The notes under the pieces are model-generated. The model was not told the DNA's origin. It ran no database searches and saw nothing but the letters and a program-made list of their open reading frames with translations. The position numbers and the translations under genes are program-made. From Candidatus Thorarchaeota archaeon (lineage in GTDB: Archaea; Asgardarchaeota; Thorarchaeia; Thorarchaeales; Thorarchaeaceae), in NCBI GenBank assembly GCA_011364985.1, contig RDOC01000004.1:128001-192000 (forward strand): a DNA stretch of 64,000 nt, written 5' to 3'. Positions 45,941 through 56,316 of this stretch are shown piece after piece; position 1 is the stretch's first letter, and every line of letters begins with the position of its first letter.

Positions 45941-48730
45941 TTAAAAGAACTGGTCCAATGTAGTGAATCCCAATAATTCTTCAAAATCGATGCCTACTGA
46001 ATCCAAGACTTGCTCAAAAACTGACCGCAATGTATCGATATACTTGTCTTTATCAAGCCAGTAGCTCGACCCTTCGGCAAGCTGCACTGGAAGCAAGTCC
46101 TCTGGTCCCTTTATCTTAATGTATTCAACAATAGTACCAGGCGGAACATCATATCCAGCATCCTTCAACATCAAGGCAGCACGGACATGCTGTGGTGTAG
46201 TCTTTCCATAGGCATCGAGGGGTTTGGTCATTTGAACACGAAAAGCAAGTTCCTCAGGCTCATAGGGATCTGCTTTTCCTTCAAGGCGGTCGATGACACA
46301 ATTGACTATTTCTCGCACCTCATCCTTTGCCGTCTCAAATCCTTCAGGGTTATCGACTTTGCTCAATGCATGTAGCATTTCACGGAAAGCATTTTGAACA
46401 AAGTCTGGCGTGTTTCGCTTCTTTCCGCTGAGCCCCTTAACCTCGACATAGCCTGATGGGTAGACTCCAATGTAGTTCTTCTTTCTCTCTGACAAGGCCA
46501 CATACTTGTAGGTTTTTTCAACCTCAAGGTCAATCCCCAGCTCCTCTCGGGACCACTTGATCAGATCATCTTGTTGTTCGGGAGAGGGATTGTCAAGGAA
46601 TACCGAGTCTGTATCACCATACAAGACTCGAACATCCATCGATTCCGCCTGTTCCTTGGTCTTCATGATTGCATTTCTTCCATAGGCAGTAACACTCTCT
46701 GCAGCCGGCATACAGAAGAGCTCAAAGTGCTGTGCTCCGGTTACGCCATAGGCCGCGTTGACAAAGACCTTGAGCGCCTTTTCCACCACACCGTACCAGT
46801 TACGCGCCTGATCGTCAAGGCTCCTGTCTTTGCTCCTCGACTTGAACCATTTTACTCTCGTGTCTCGAAAGAAACCAATAGTCTGGCTAATCATACCCTT
46901 TCGTTTCTTGCATATCCAGTGGTCTGTTTCAGGAACACGATTATCTGTCGCATTCTTGCATTCTTCGTGAGAACAATCAACAGTTTCATAGCTGATGTTA
47001 TGTTTCTTCATAATTGTGGGATATAGACTTGCAAAGTCTAGGACTGTTGTATTGAAGTGAACTCCAGCTTCAGGTTCAATTACGATAGCTCCTTTGAACC
47101 GCTTTTCTTTAATCATTGCTTCAGTGTGAGCCTCGGCTGACTTTAACGTGTCAATATCAATTCGCCTTGGAATAAGGAATCCTCGAGACCTATGTTCCTG
47201 TCTAAAGAGAGACTGAATCCATGAGGATATGCCAAGACGAGTAACGTCTTCCATTGAAAGGCGCGAGATACGCATCAATAGGACAATTAGGCGCAATAAG
47301 AGATTGTCATCATAAGAGGTAATTCTTTGAGTAATATTGGCATCAAGCCAACAATAGTGAGCTAGTTCGTTGTACGGCAAGGCAGAGATATCAGTACTAA
47401 GCTCCAGTTTCCCGATTCCTAGGAGTCCATGTGCAATGGAGTCTAAGTTTGATTGCTCATACGCACCGGAAAGAGCATAGAGTCGAATGGATGGGTTCTT
47501 GAGAAACCTATAGAGATCAACGTGAATTCCTTTGCGCAAAAGAGCCAGATCTCTTGCCAGATAGATTGGGCAATCAGTATCCATGTCGACATTAAGCTTC
47601 TTCGCTCTATTGTACAAGTATTGAAGATCAAAAGCATCGCCAACAAAAGTCAGAACAATGGGATAGTCATCCATGAGTTGGAAGGCATCAAGGAGCATTT
47701 TCCGCTCATCCTCGTAATAGACAATGTCAAGCTCCTTCGGGAAGTTTGGTTGCTTTGGACCTTCAACTATACCTTTTCTCTTTAGAACAAAACACTTCTG
47801 GAAGGTTTCGTTATCAGAGAAACCAATAGCCGTTACCTCATTGGGTGCCGTCGCAGCATCAGGAACCCTATTCCTAACGGGAGTGTACACCTCTATGTCA
47901 ACAGCGATTCTTCTAATGTCAGGAACCTCTGTGAAAAACATTGGAGAATATGATGAGATTATGTCATCCAGACCTTTCTCATCACCAATCACTTGTTTGA
48001 ACTCATTAAGTAAGGATTCATCCAATTGTGGAGGACACGGTACCAAGTTACCCTTCTCAATCTTGTAGAGCAGTCCACTCACAATGTTCTGATCATAGGT
48101 GTAACAATTCCGGTATCGGATGTTTGCCTCCCAAGCGTGACTAATAGGCTCAGGGCCACTTCTGTCCACAAGACGGTCTCTAATGGCACCCGCAGAACCG
48201 CCAATTGCAAGAGGATCAGTTCCAATGACCTTTGTCATTTTCACCGTTGTATCACGCAAGAGATCAGTCAATGGCACCTCCTCAACCCGAACAAAGCCTC
48301 TATGAGAGCCAGTCTTTTCTTCCACAACTTGCACTGGATAGTCGGTGTAGCAATACGGTTTGTGACCACGATTATCAAACCAGAAATGGATTCTCTTTGA
48401 TTTGGGTTCATAGAGTCTCGCAAATGCACAATTTTCGGAGCCGGAATAGTCAACAGAAAGAAGATATGATGGTGGAAGATCCGTTGGCCTATCTTGTTCC
48501 TGTGCTTTCAGTGGAGCTACAATTTCTTCCTCTTCTTCCTCCTCCACCTCATTTTCATCCGTGGAATTGTCGTTTAATTCGGTGTTCTTGCTAGATGTGT
48601 GTGCTTTGGCGTCAGGTGATAGCGGTTTTCTTGGAGGCACTTTTGGCTGTTTGTCGTCGGTTTGACCAAAGAAGTCCTCTAAGTTGGATTGTGTGTCTTC
48701 GTCATCTTGCCTGTCATTGGACAATTCCAT
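45941..48730 (-). CDS. polB: family B DNA polymerase (PolB1-like)
   Basis: Exo I DIEV, Exo II FDLQY, DFASLYP, KVFVNAAYG, YGDTDS, KKNY; C-terminal TLDQFF PIP box. Confidence 0.96.
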   Translation of the reverse strand: MELSNDRQDDEDTQSNLEDFFGQTDDKQPKVPPRKPLSPDAKAHTSSKNTELNDNSTDENEVEEEEEEEIVAPLKAQEQDRPTDLPPSYLLSVDYSGSENCAFARLYEPKSKRIHFWFDNRGHKPYCYTDYPVQVVEEKTGSHRGFVRVEEVPLTDLLRDTTVKMTKVIGTDPLAIGGSAGAIRDRLVDRSGPEPISHAWEANIRYRNCYTYDQNIVSGLLYKIEKGNLVPCPPQLDESLLNEFKQVIGDEKGLDDIISSYSPMFFTEVPDIRRIAVDIEVYTPVRNRVPDAATAPNEVTAIGFSDNETFQKCFVLKRKGIVEGPKQPNFPKELDIVYYEDERKMLLDAFQLMDDYPIVLTFVGDAFDLQYLYNRAKKLNVDMDTDCPIYLARDLALLRKGIHVDLYRFLKNPSIRLYALSGAYEQSNLDSIAHGLLGIGKLELSTDISALPYNELAHYCWLDANITQRITSYDDNLLLRLIVLLMRISRLSMEDVTRLGISSWIQSLFRQEHRSRGFLIPRRIDIDTLKSAEAHTEAMIKEKRFKGAIVIEPEAGVHFNTTVLDFASLYPTIMKKHNISYETVDCSHEECKNATDNRVPETDHWICKKRKGMISQTIGFFRDTRVKWFKSRSKDRSLDDQARNWYGVVEKALKVFVNAAYGVTGAQHFELFCMPAAESVTAYGRNAIMKTKEQAESMDVRVLYGDTDSVFLDNPSPEQQDDLIKWSREELGIDLEVEKTYKYVALSERKKNYIGVYPSGYVEVKGLSGKKRNTPDFVQNAFREMLHALSKVDNPEGFETAKDEVREIVNCVIDRLEGKADPYEPEELAFRVQMTKPLDAYGKTTPQHVRAALMLKDAGYDVPPGTIVEYIKIKGPEDLLPVQLAEGSSYWLDKDKYIDTLRSVFEQVLDSVGIDFEELLGFTTLDQFF

Positions 48731-48809
48731 TCACACTTTCTGTCAATTTATTTGACCTGATAAGCACTTCCCATGATAAACAGAGTTCTTAAGAACAACA
48801 GTACTTTAG

Positions 48810-49250
48810 ATGGACATGGTTCGTTCGATTGAAACAAGACCGATGCGTGTGATCGTTGCCCGTATGGAACCTGGAGAGGATATTCTTGACACAATCGAAA
48901 AAGTTGTGGAAACAAAAGGTATTCGCTCAGGAACCATCAACCTGATTGGTGCAACATCGAGGGTGCAACTTGGATATTTCGATAGAAGAGCAAATGAATA
49001 CAAGAGCTTCCTCCTCAATGAAGACTTGGAAGTCGTTTCCTGCATGGGGAATATCTCAAGACTGGAGGATGGAAGTCCTGTCATTCATGCACACATGATA
49101 GTATCAAGTGAAACTGGGAATTGCTACGGGGGACACTTGATGAAGGGATGTGAGGTATCAGTCACAATCGAGATGATTATCCAAGAAATGGATATTGACA
49201 TGACTAGGGCAACAGACTCGCACACAGGTTTGAATCTGTTAGACCTTTGA
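48810..49250 (+). CDS. PPC/DUF296 domain protein
   Basis: EVVSCMGNIS, HAH, GGHL. Confidence 0.9.
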   Translation: MDMVRSIETRPMRVIVARMEPGEDILDTIEKVVETKGIRSGTINLIGATSRVQLGYFDRRANEYKSFLLNEDLEVVSCMGNISRLEDGSPVIHAHMIVSSETGNCYGGHLMKGCEVSVTIEMIIQEMDIDMTRATDSHTGLNLLDL

Positions 49251-49270
49251 AATACTCAGGAACTTCCAAA

Positions 49271-49705
49271 CTAGATATCAACTGATGCAATTAGTCTTGC
49301 AGTGAACTCTAGTTCCTTCTTATCTGCCATCTTCTCTCTATAATCATCGGGAAATCGGAACCCAAACGCATCCCCCTTATTGCGGGGTATCACATGGAAA
49401 TGAAGGTGTGGGACTTCCTGTCCCGCACCAGCACCATTGGCTGCGGCTGTGAGTACTCCATCAGGGTTTAGAGCACTTTTGACCCTTCGGACAAGTTCTG
49501 CAAGTCGCTTGCTCATATGTGCTAAGACACTCAGATCGACATCAAAGAGATTCTCATAATGCATCTTTGGAATTAGCAGACAGTGTCCGTTCCGCACTGG
49601 GAATATATCCATGAAGGCGATGCAAATGTCATCTTCAAAGACTCTTGTTGATGGAATTTCGCCTCGTATTATCTTGCAGAATGTACAATCACTTTGGCCA
49701 GACAT
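49271..49705 (-). CDS. HIT family hydrolase
   Basis: CTFCKII, HLHFHVIPR. Confidence 0.93.
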   Translation of the reverse strand: MSGQSDCTFCKIIRGEIPSTRVFEDDICIAFMDIFPVRNGHCLLIPKMHYENLFDVDLSVLAHMSKRLAELVRRVKSALNPDGVLTAAANGAGAGQEVPHLHFHVIPRNKGDAFGFRFPDDYREKMADKKELEFTARLIASVDI

Positions 49706-49814
49706 GGAGAAGAAACGGTAATACTACGAGATAAAGTGTTGCATAGATAAATAGGAGAGCTGCACAAGTCTCATTAGTTAGTCTCTCCGGTGAAGGAATT
49801 AGACTCTTCAGACG

Positions 49815-51005
49815 GTGGTGGCATTGAGCGGTAGAAGAAAGCTTGTCCTCTTTGACCAAACGCAGAACGAACGTGGAAGGTTAGATACGACCTATTCCGA
49901 CTTGGGAGAACTTCTCAGAGATAATGATTTCGATGTAGAGCCTTATACTGAGTTCATGCTTCTAGCAAAGAATTTGAGTAACGCAGATGTGCTGGTCTTC
50001 GGATGCCCAAATAGCTCGAAGCTAAGACCAGCAGAAATTGATGTGCTGAAGAGATTCGTTCAAAAGGGAGGGGGCTTGATGCTGCTTTCGCTCTCGGGAG
50101 GAGACCGAGGCCTAATGAACAACATGAGCCAAATCTCAAAAGGCTTTGGCATTAGCTTTGAGAATACCGCGGTAAAGGATGAAAGAAGTAACGCAGGCTT
50201 ACCTACAATGCCCCTGATTTCAAACATAGCCCCACACCCAACAACGGTTGATGTAAACGACATTTTGGTGCCATCGGCTTGCACACTCTCGGTGAGCGAA
50301 AATGCAAAGGCTATTGCAACGACTTCGGAAACGGCGGAACCATCCAATAAGCCAGTAATAGCCATCGCAGAAAGTGGAAAAGGCAGAGTGCTTTGCTCAG
50401 GAAGCTATGAGATCTTCAGAAGAGGTGGAGGTCTAAAGCACCAAGGCAACAAGGTTCTTGCTGTAAATGCCTTCAAGTGGCTAAGCGGAGAAGTCACGGT
50501 CGCCAAACCAAGCAAGGTTGCTGAATCCCAGAGAAAAGATTCGGACAAGGAATCCAAGACTCCTAAAGGTACAAAGATGGAAACTTCCCCGGAGATTGAA
50601 GCAACACTTCGTAGGCTTGTTAATGCAGTATTCGACCTTCAGAAGGATATATCAAAGGTTACAAAAGAAACAGAGAAGATTGAAAAGAATATTGAAAAGC
50701 TCAGGAACCAGTTTCAGGATTTTGCAGAAAAGACACAATCGCAACTTGGAGTAATGATTCCTGCAAAACAATTCAAGACGGAAGAAGAAAACCGCATGGC
50801 GGAGCTTGAAGGAGATATCAAGGCGCTGAGGAAGGAAATTGACTCGGTTCAACAGCTTCGAAACCATATTGAGGAACGCCACTCTGCTGCAGCAATGCCC
50901 AAAGAAACCTATGAGGAGCAGGCAAAGAAACTTGATACACGAATGAAAAGTCTTGAGGAGAAACTGGCAAAGAGAGAGATGGAACTCGCCGACTTGGTCT
51001 CTTGA
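49815..51005 (+). CDS. GIFT/IFT52-like (DUF4350) domain + coiled-coil protein
   Basis: VLFDQTQNE, EIDVLKRFVQKGGGLM, GKGRV, WLSG; long heptad-rich C-terminus; no signal peptide. Confidence 0.7.
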   Translation: MVALSGRRKLVLFDQTQNERGRLDTTYSDLGELLRDNDFDVEPYTEFMLLAKNLSNADVLVFGCPNSSKLRPAEIDVLKRFVQKGGGLMLLSLSGGDRGLMNNMSQISKGFGISFENTAVKDERSNAGLPTMPLISNIAPHPTTVDVNDILVPSACTLSVSENAKAIATTSETAEPSNKPVIAIAESGKGRVLCSGSYEIFRRGGGLKHQGNKVLAVNAFKWLSGEVTVAKPSKVAESQRKDSDKESKTPKGTKMETSPEIEATLRRLVNAVFDLQKDISKVTKETEKIEKNIEKLRNQFQDFAEKTQSQLGVMIPAKQFKTEEENRMAELEGDIKALRKEIDSVQQLRNHIEERHSAAAMPKETYEEQAKKLDTRMKSLEEKLAKREMELADLVS

Positions 51006-51010
51006 ATATC

Positions 51011-52555
51011 CTAATAGCCATCTGCTCTGCTCGTATTCTCTGTCTGGTCATAAACGTGATACTTTGCCTTTGAAAGAATCAGTCGTAGTCCTGCTCTAGC
51101 GGGTCTTGTTAGGAGGTTGTATATATCAGAGAAAGCACTTTTGAGAATGTAGGCAAGGAATATCAGAATTAGATAGAGAAGGTATAGGTTCCTGTCAGGA
51201 ATCATAATGGCAATAGCAAGAATGAACGGGTTAACAAGCATGGGCAAAGAGACCTGCAACTTATCCAAATCCCTGTTGCATATTGCAGATACTGAGAGAA
51301 TTGAGAAGAAAGGAGCAAATACCACTGTATAGTACTTGTAGATGCCGCGGGGAGAGAAGAGGTGTACACTTAACATCAAGAGAAAGGTCAGATAGAATAT
51401 TCTCCGCCAGTACCCACGAAGGTTGCGATCATCCTTGACTTCGATAAGTAGAAGCAGAAAGACTGGAATGACACCAATCAGTAGCAAAATGGAGTATAAG
51501 TTCAGAAGGTCAAGGATTTCGGCTAGCCATTGTAGCATCGGCACAAGGGCTTCGAGCTGAGTGGTCTCAGCTTGTATACCCGCAACAACGAATAAAACAG
51601 CAATTGTGATAGGGGAATTAGAAGGAGGGAGCTTTGTGAAGCTTGCTAGATGTGTAGCTCCTGCTCTTTGCAGAATGTTATACAAGTAATTGGCAGGATC
51701 TAGAATGTATGGCATCGATGCAATGCCTGCATAGATAATCACGATAATCGCAATCTTTGCAAATTCTACGAGATCCAGATTATCATCAGCCTTGTGGTTT
51801 TCTTCTTCAGATACTTCATTGCTTTGCTCGATCATCCTAGGAGGCCGTCGAAACAAATACGCGAAGAGGGGAAGTGCGAAGAAGAATGCCGTCTGTTTGA
51901 AAAGAGCGGACATTGTCATGGAGATTGCCCCTGCAATCCTATAATCCTTCATCAGCAGATAGAAGGAGAGCATAGCGAAAAAGACGAAAGGCGCAGGATT
52001 TAACCATTCAAAGACTGTATAATAGAGAACAATCGGACTGAAGAGATAGGTAGCGGCGGCGGCCTCGCCAACTCTGCGGTTCTCAGAGAGGTACTCCGCT
52101 ATCCCGTATATCGGGAAGACCGTCAGGAATCCGAAGAGCGTGATGATGAATCCAATGCCAAAATCAGGGTGGAGAAGCTTGCCGATTACGCATATGTAAA
52201 GGTATAATGGAGGAAAGAAATAGGGGACATTGAACGAGTCTGAATTAACGATGATGGTATCAAATTCGGGGGTATACGGAAGCTCGCCACCGAGGAACTG
52301 TTCAGCCCAGTTATGATAGAAGTAGTCATGATCAGCCCAACCTTCCAAGTTCAGATGAATTGTATAGCCGAAGATATCAAACTCGCCATATCCGTTCCAC
52401 ACCGCTCTGAAAGGACGAGCTCCACCAGAGACAAAGTCAATAGCAGCTTCATTGAACACCCAAGCCCAGACAGCTGCTGCAGCTAGTAGAACTACGATGA
52501 ACAGACCATTTCCTTTGATTGTATTCTTAACGCTATTCAAAGGATAACGTTTCAT
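51011..52555 (-). CDS. GT-C fold (GT87-like) membrane glycosyltransferase
   Basis: E..DH..FY, FFPPL, NPAP, FKQ; multiple TM helices. Confidence 0.75.
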   Translation of the reverse strand: MKRYPLNSVKNTIKGNGLFIVVLLAAAAVWAWVFNEAAIDFVSGGARPFRAVWNGYGEFDIFGYTIHLNLEGWADHDYFYHNWAEQFLGGELPYTPEFDTIIVNSDSFNVPYFFPPLYLYICVIGKLLHPDFGIGFIITLFGFLTVFPIYGIAEYLSENRRVGEAAAATYLFSPIVLYYTVFEWLNPAPFVFFAMLSFYLLMKDYRIAGAISMTMSALFKQTAFFFALPLFAYLFRRPPRMIEQSNEVSEEENHKADDNLDLVEFAKIAIIVIIYAGIASMPYILDPANYLYNILQRAGATHLASFTKLPPSNSPITIAVLFVVAGIQAETTQLEALVPMLQWLAEILDLLNLYSILLLIGVIPVFLLLLIEVKDDRNLRGYWRRIFYLTFLLMLSVHLFSPRGIYKYYTVVFAPFFSILSVSAICNRDLDKLQVSLPMLVNPFILAIAIMIPDRNLYLLYLILIFLAYILKSAFSDIYNLLTRPARAGLRLILSKAKYHVYDQTENTSRADGY

Positions 52556-52566
52556 CTGGTCACCTC

Positions 52567-54180
52567 TTATGATTCCGTTTCTCGATGTTCATCAACAATC
52601 GTCATTTCCTGTGAGAACTCCTCAGGATAGATGAATGCAGTAAGTCGTTCATGTAAACTCAAGAACCTCGAAGTGAGAGGCGCAAACATAGAAGTACGTT
52701 TCCTGATCCATCGTCCCGGAGCGGTCAAGTAATACCAGAAGTCACCTACTTGATTGACAAAGACATAGATAAGAAAGATCAGAAGCACATAGGCTAGATA
52801 TACATTCCTAACGGGTATCAGAATCATCAGACTAAACAGAATAGGGGCCCATATCATTGATACTGAGAAGCCAATATCACTTTCCATACTAGAAGCCATG
52901 CTTGCAGATGAGAAAATTGAGAAGAAGGGCGCCATCAGTGTGAAATAATACTTGTATACGCCTCGCGGGCCCATCAGATTCACCCAGAGCATCATCAGCA
53001 TTGTCAGAAAGAGAAGTCGACGAAGATAGACTTTGGTTTCACCCTCGCGCTTCGGTTCCAAGAACATTAAGCCAGCAAGCACAATGACGCCAAGAACGAG
53101 TAGAAATCCAGAGAAGATGAGACTGTCAATAAGCTCTGCAAGAGTGGGCAGACTAGCCATCACTAGAAGAACCTGAAAGCGCATGGGACTTGAGTAAGGA
53201 GGTGGATTAGTAAATGACTCAAGAGGAAATCCTCCCATCGCTAGCCGCAGATTTATCCATATTTCAACGGGTTGGGCAATGATGAAAGGAAACATGATCA
53301 CACCGGCGAATATTATCACAATAATGACACTAATGATAAATTGCCACAGATCAAGATATCTTCCTACTGCCTTTCGAAGCGCTTGAAGTCTTGGCATATC
53401 TTTGGACTGGGCGGAACCTTCTTCGCTATCCCTTGACCTCATAAGCAGGAAGACCACGAGTGGTATGCCCAAGAACCATGCAGTCTGTTTGAATAGCGCT
53501 GCGGTAACAATAAGCAATGTGCCTGTATGTCTTTTCCCCTTTGTGAGCATATAGAAGCCTGAGAAAAAGAAGAAGATGAACGGAGCAGGATTGGTCCAAA
53601 GGAACGTGGTGTGATATAACACGTTTGGTGCAAGAAGATAGGTCAAGGCAGCAGCCTCACCAACGTGACGATTGCTAGATAGCTCATGCCCGATGCCGTA
53701 GACTGGAAGAGCAGTGAAATAACCGAATGAAGCAATTAGAAGCCCAATGCCCCAGTTATCCACAGGAATGAGGATACCAATTGCATAGAATATCGCCGTC
53801 AGAGGTGGAAAGATGTAGAGCCCATTATTGTTGGTAATGCCATCCATCTCGAGGTGACCAAACTCTGTGCTATATGGCAACACTCCATTCAGTATGTTGT
53901 GTCCCCAATGAACGTAGAAGAAGCTGTAATCGCTATAGCCTTCAAACTGATACTGAATCGTGAATCCGAAGATTTCAAAGGTGGCCGGGCTTAGTCCTCC
54001 AGTCCCAGCGCCCCCAAGCCAAACAGCCCTACTATTCCACCGATCCGTCGCAAGGTAGTCAACAAGAGCAGACTGAAATACATTCGCCCACACTATGGCG
54101 CCGATTATTAGCACTATGATTAGGATGATGTACTCGTACAGAAATCTAACAACGCGCCGTTTCAGCTCTGCTTGGTCCAT
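52567..54180 (-). CDS. GT-C fold (GT87-like) membrane glycosyltransferase, tandem paralog
   Basis: EGYSDY, IFPPL, NPAP, FKQ, PRGVYKYY shared with the neighbouring gene. Confidence 0.75.
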   Translation of the reverse strand: MDQAELKRRVVRFLYEYIILIIVLIIGAIVWANVFQSALVDYLATDRWNSRAVWLGGAGTGGLSPATFEIFGFTIQYQFEGYSDYSFFYVHWGHNILNGVLPYSTEFGHLEMDGITNNNGLYIFPPLTAIFYAIGILIPVDNWGIGLLIASFGYFTALPVYGIGHELSSNRHVGEAAALTYLLAPNVLYHTTFLWTNPAPFIFFFFSGFYMLTKGKRHTGTLLIVTAALFKQTAWFLGIPLVVFLLMRSRDSEEGSAQSKDMPRLQALRKAVGRYLDLWQFIISVIIVIIFAGVIMFPFIIAQPVEIWINLRLAMGGFPLESFTNPPPYSSPMRFQVLLVMASLPTLAELIDSLIFSGFLLVLGVIVLAGLMFLEPKREGETKVYLRRLLFLTMLMMLWVNLMGPRGVYKYYFTLMAPFFSIFSSASMASSMESDIGFSVSMIWAPILFSLMILIPVRNVYLAYVLLIFLIYVFVNQVGDFWYYLTAPGRWIRKRTSMFAPLTSRFLSLHERLTAFIYPEEFSQEMTIVDEHRETES

Positions 54181-54246
54181 GCTGTGCGAATTCTTGACAT
54201 ACCCCTTAATATGTGTCCTCATGAGTGTTATCAGCAATCAGAGCTT

Positions 54247-56316
54247 CTAGCCATTTCCAGAAATTGCTGCATTACTTGTTGAACCTGCTTTTGTGACTTC
54301 TATAACTGGTACTCCTTCCCAGCCCTGTACATCAGTATGCGTGATTAGGAAGATTTGTTCGAAGCTCTGATCATCAACCAAATTCTGAACCACAGCCGTC
54401 CTTCTATTCTTGTCGAGCCCACCCAATGGTTCGTCAAGAAGAACACAACGTACGCGTGGAGAAATAGCAGGGCTGTCCTTTAGTGGGCGTATACTGCTCA
54501 TCGTGCGGCTTATACCTAAACGAAGACCAAGACTAATAGCTGTTCTGTCACCGAAGCTTAACTGGTTGGTTTTCTTGTTTGCCTTGTCGCGATCGTCCCA
54601 AATCTTTAGAACAAGTCCAGGCCCCGCCCGGCCTCTTGCCGGGGTCGGTTCAAGATCTATGGCTGTGTACTGGTTATTGGTGAAGGAGCGGACATACTTG
54701 TTCGAAGCAGTCCGAATGATGCCAATGAGGCGCTTCTGGAATACATAATCAGCGATGAAACCGCTGACAATCTTTCGACGCACGTATTTCGTATGTTCAT
54801 CTATGGCCTTCAGAGAGGAAATTTCGGCCTCCATCCTTTTCATCTGCGTTTCCTTGCCTTCGTTCTTGACAATCTGCTCATTGGCATCATCAATTTCCTG
54901 ACGCAGACGGTCACATTCGCTCTTAGAGGACTTGAGATTATTCTGCTGAACCAGTATTGAGTTTCGCAGCTCATTCAAATCATCAGCCTTGTGTTTCTTG
55001 AGCAGCTTTTCAATATCCGCGACCTCCATCTTGGCTAACACATCTGATAGGCGGCTTGCAGCCTCCTCAAGCCGCTTCTTTGCCTGGCTAACTTCCTTTT
55101 GGTGCTCTGCCACCCGTCCAATGGCATCAATGGTTCTTGCAATAAGTCGCTGTCGTTCTTCTATCGCCTTGATTTGTGCAGGAATGTTATTACGTCCTTT
55201 TCTGAGTTCTTCTAGTTCTGTGCTCTTTTCCTGGATTACTGCATCATATTCAGTAAGCATTTTTTGCATGTCCTCAGGATTCAACTCCCTGAAGCAAACA
55301 GGGCAAATGCTTTCATCCTGCACAGAGGCTCGGTTTGCCTCTGCTTCTTCAATCTGGCTCAAAAGCTGGCCTGCTGCTCTGTCTATTTTCGAGGCACTGC
55401 TCCTTGCCACCTCACGCTCGCTTTCGAGTTTCTTATCCTCTTTCTGCAGCGACTGCAGTTTTGCCCTTATTATTCGCTCATCAGCATCTACCAGACCGGC
55501 ATCATGGATTTCTTTGTCGCGTCGTTCGACACTAAGAGTATGATCCCTTTCGAAAGATGTGATTTTTTGAAGAAGGTCGTAAGCGGCCTTTAGATCATCA
55601 GGGTTGGGCAGTGAAACCAAAAGGCCTTCTGCTTTGGAAATCTCCTTCTCTTTCTCTTCCAATTCTGCTTCCAACTCTGCCACTCGAGCTTTCCCCGCGG
55701 CCACAAGTTCGCTTAGGACATAAGGTTTAATGAATTCCTGATCAAGACTGGAAATCTTGGCAGAGAGCTCAGATTCAAGAGCCTGAAGATGGCCACCCAT
55801 TTTATCAAGTAGGTCAATATTGTAGACTGTCACCAACTGATTTCTCAAATCAGATGGCGATGCATGCGCGATTCTTGCCACTTCACCCTGTCTAACTAGG
55901 AGTGTGTTCAATGCTTGTCCTAATTCTAAATTCAATATCCCTTCAAGTGCGGTATCAACCGTCTTACTCTTGTCAGCCATTCTCTTCCAAGTATTGCCCT
56001 TTTCCACATACAGGATAACTGCCATCTTGTTTGCAGGGTCATATGACCGGTCAATCTTGTACCTTGTTCCAGCCACCTCAAATTCCAAAACAACCCTACA
56101 AAATGATGAGGCAAAGCTAATCAGTTCATCATTTGTCAGTCCTACGGCGTTTGCACCCCATAATGCCCAAAGAATGGCCTCGAACAATGAAGACTTCCCT
56201 GTCGAATTCGGACCGCGGATAAGGATTAACCCATTGGGCAAGTCCTCATCATTGCTGGGAAGATTTAGGTCTCGAAACGGCTTGAAGTTCTTGAGTTCTA
56301 TGCGCAAGAGCTTCAT
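54247..56316 (-). CDS. rad50: Rad50 ATPase
   Basis: GPNSTGKSS, RQGE, CPVC zinc hook, LSFGD signature, LLDEP, ITH. Confidence 0.92.
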   Translation of the reverse strand: MKLLRIELKNFKPFRDLNLPSNDEDLPNGLILIRGPNSTGKSSLFEAILWALWGANAVGLTNDELISFASSFCRVVLEFEVAGTRYKIDRSYDPANKMAVILYVEKGNTWKRMADKSKTVDTALEGILNLELGQALNTLLVRQGEVARIAHASPSDLRNQLVTVYNIDLLDKMGGHLQALESELSAKISSLDQEFIKPYVLSELVAAGKARVAELEAELEEKEKEISKAEGLLVSLPNPDDLKAAYDLLQKITSFERDHTLSVERRDKEIHDAGLVDADERIIRAKLQSLQKEDKKLESEREVARSSASKIDRAAGQLLSQIEEAEANRASVQDESICPVCFRELNPEDMQKMLTEYDAVIQEKSTELEELRKGRNNIPAQIKAIEERQRLIARTIDAIGRVAEHQKEVSQAKKRLEEAASRLSDVLAKMEVADIEKLLKKHKADDLNELRNSILVQQNNLKSSKSECDRLRQEIDDANEQIVKNEGKETQMKRMEAEISSLKAIDEHTKYVRRKIVSGFIADYVFQKRLIGIIRTASNKYVRSFTNNQYTAIDLEPTPARGRAGPGLVLKIWDDRDKANKKTNQLSFGDRTAISLGLRLGISRTMSSIRPLKDSPAISPRVRCVLLDEPLGGLDKNRRTAVVQNLVDDQSFEQIFLITHTDVQGWEGVPVIEVTKAGSTSNAAISGNG

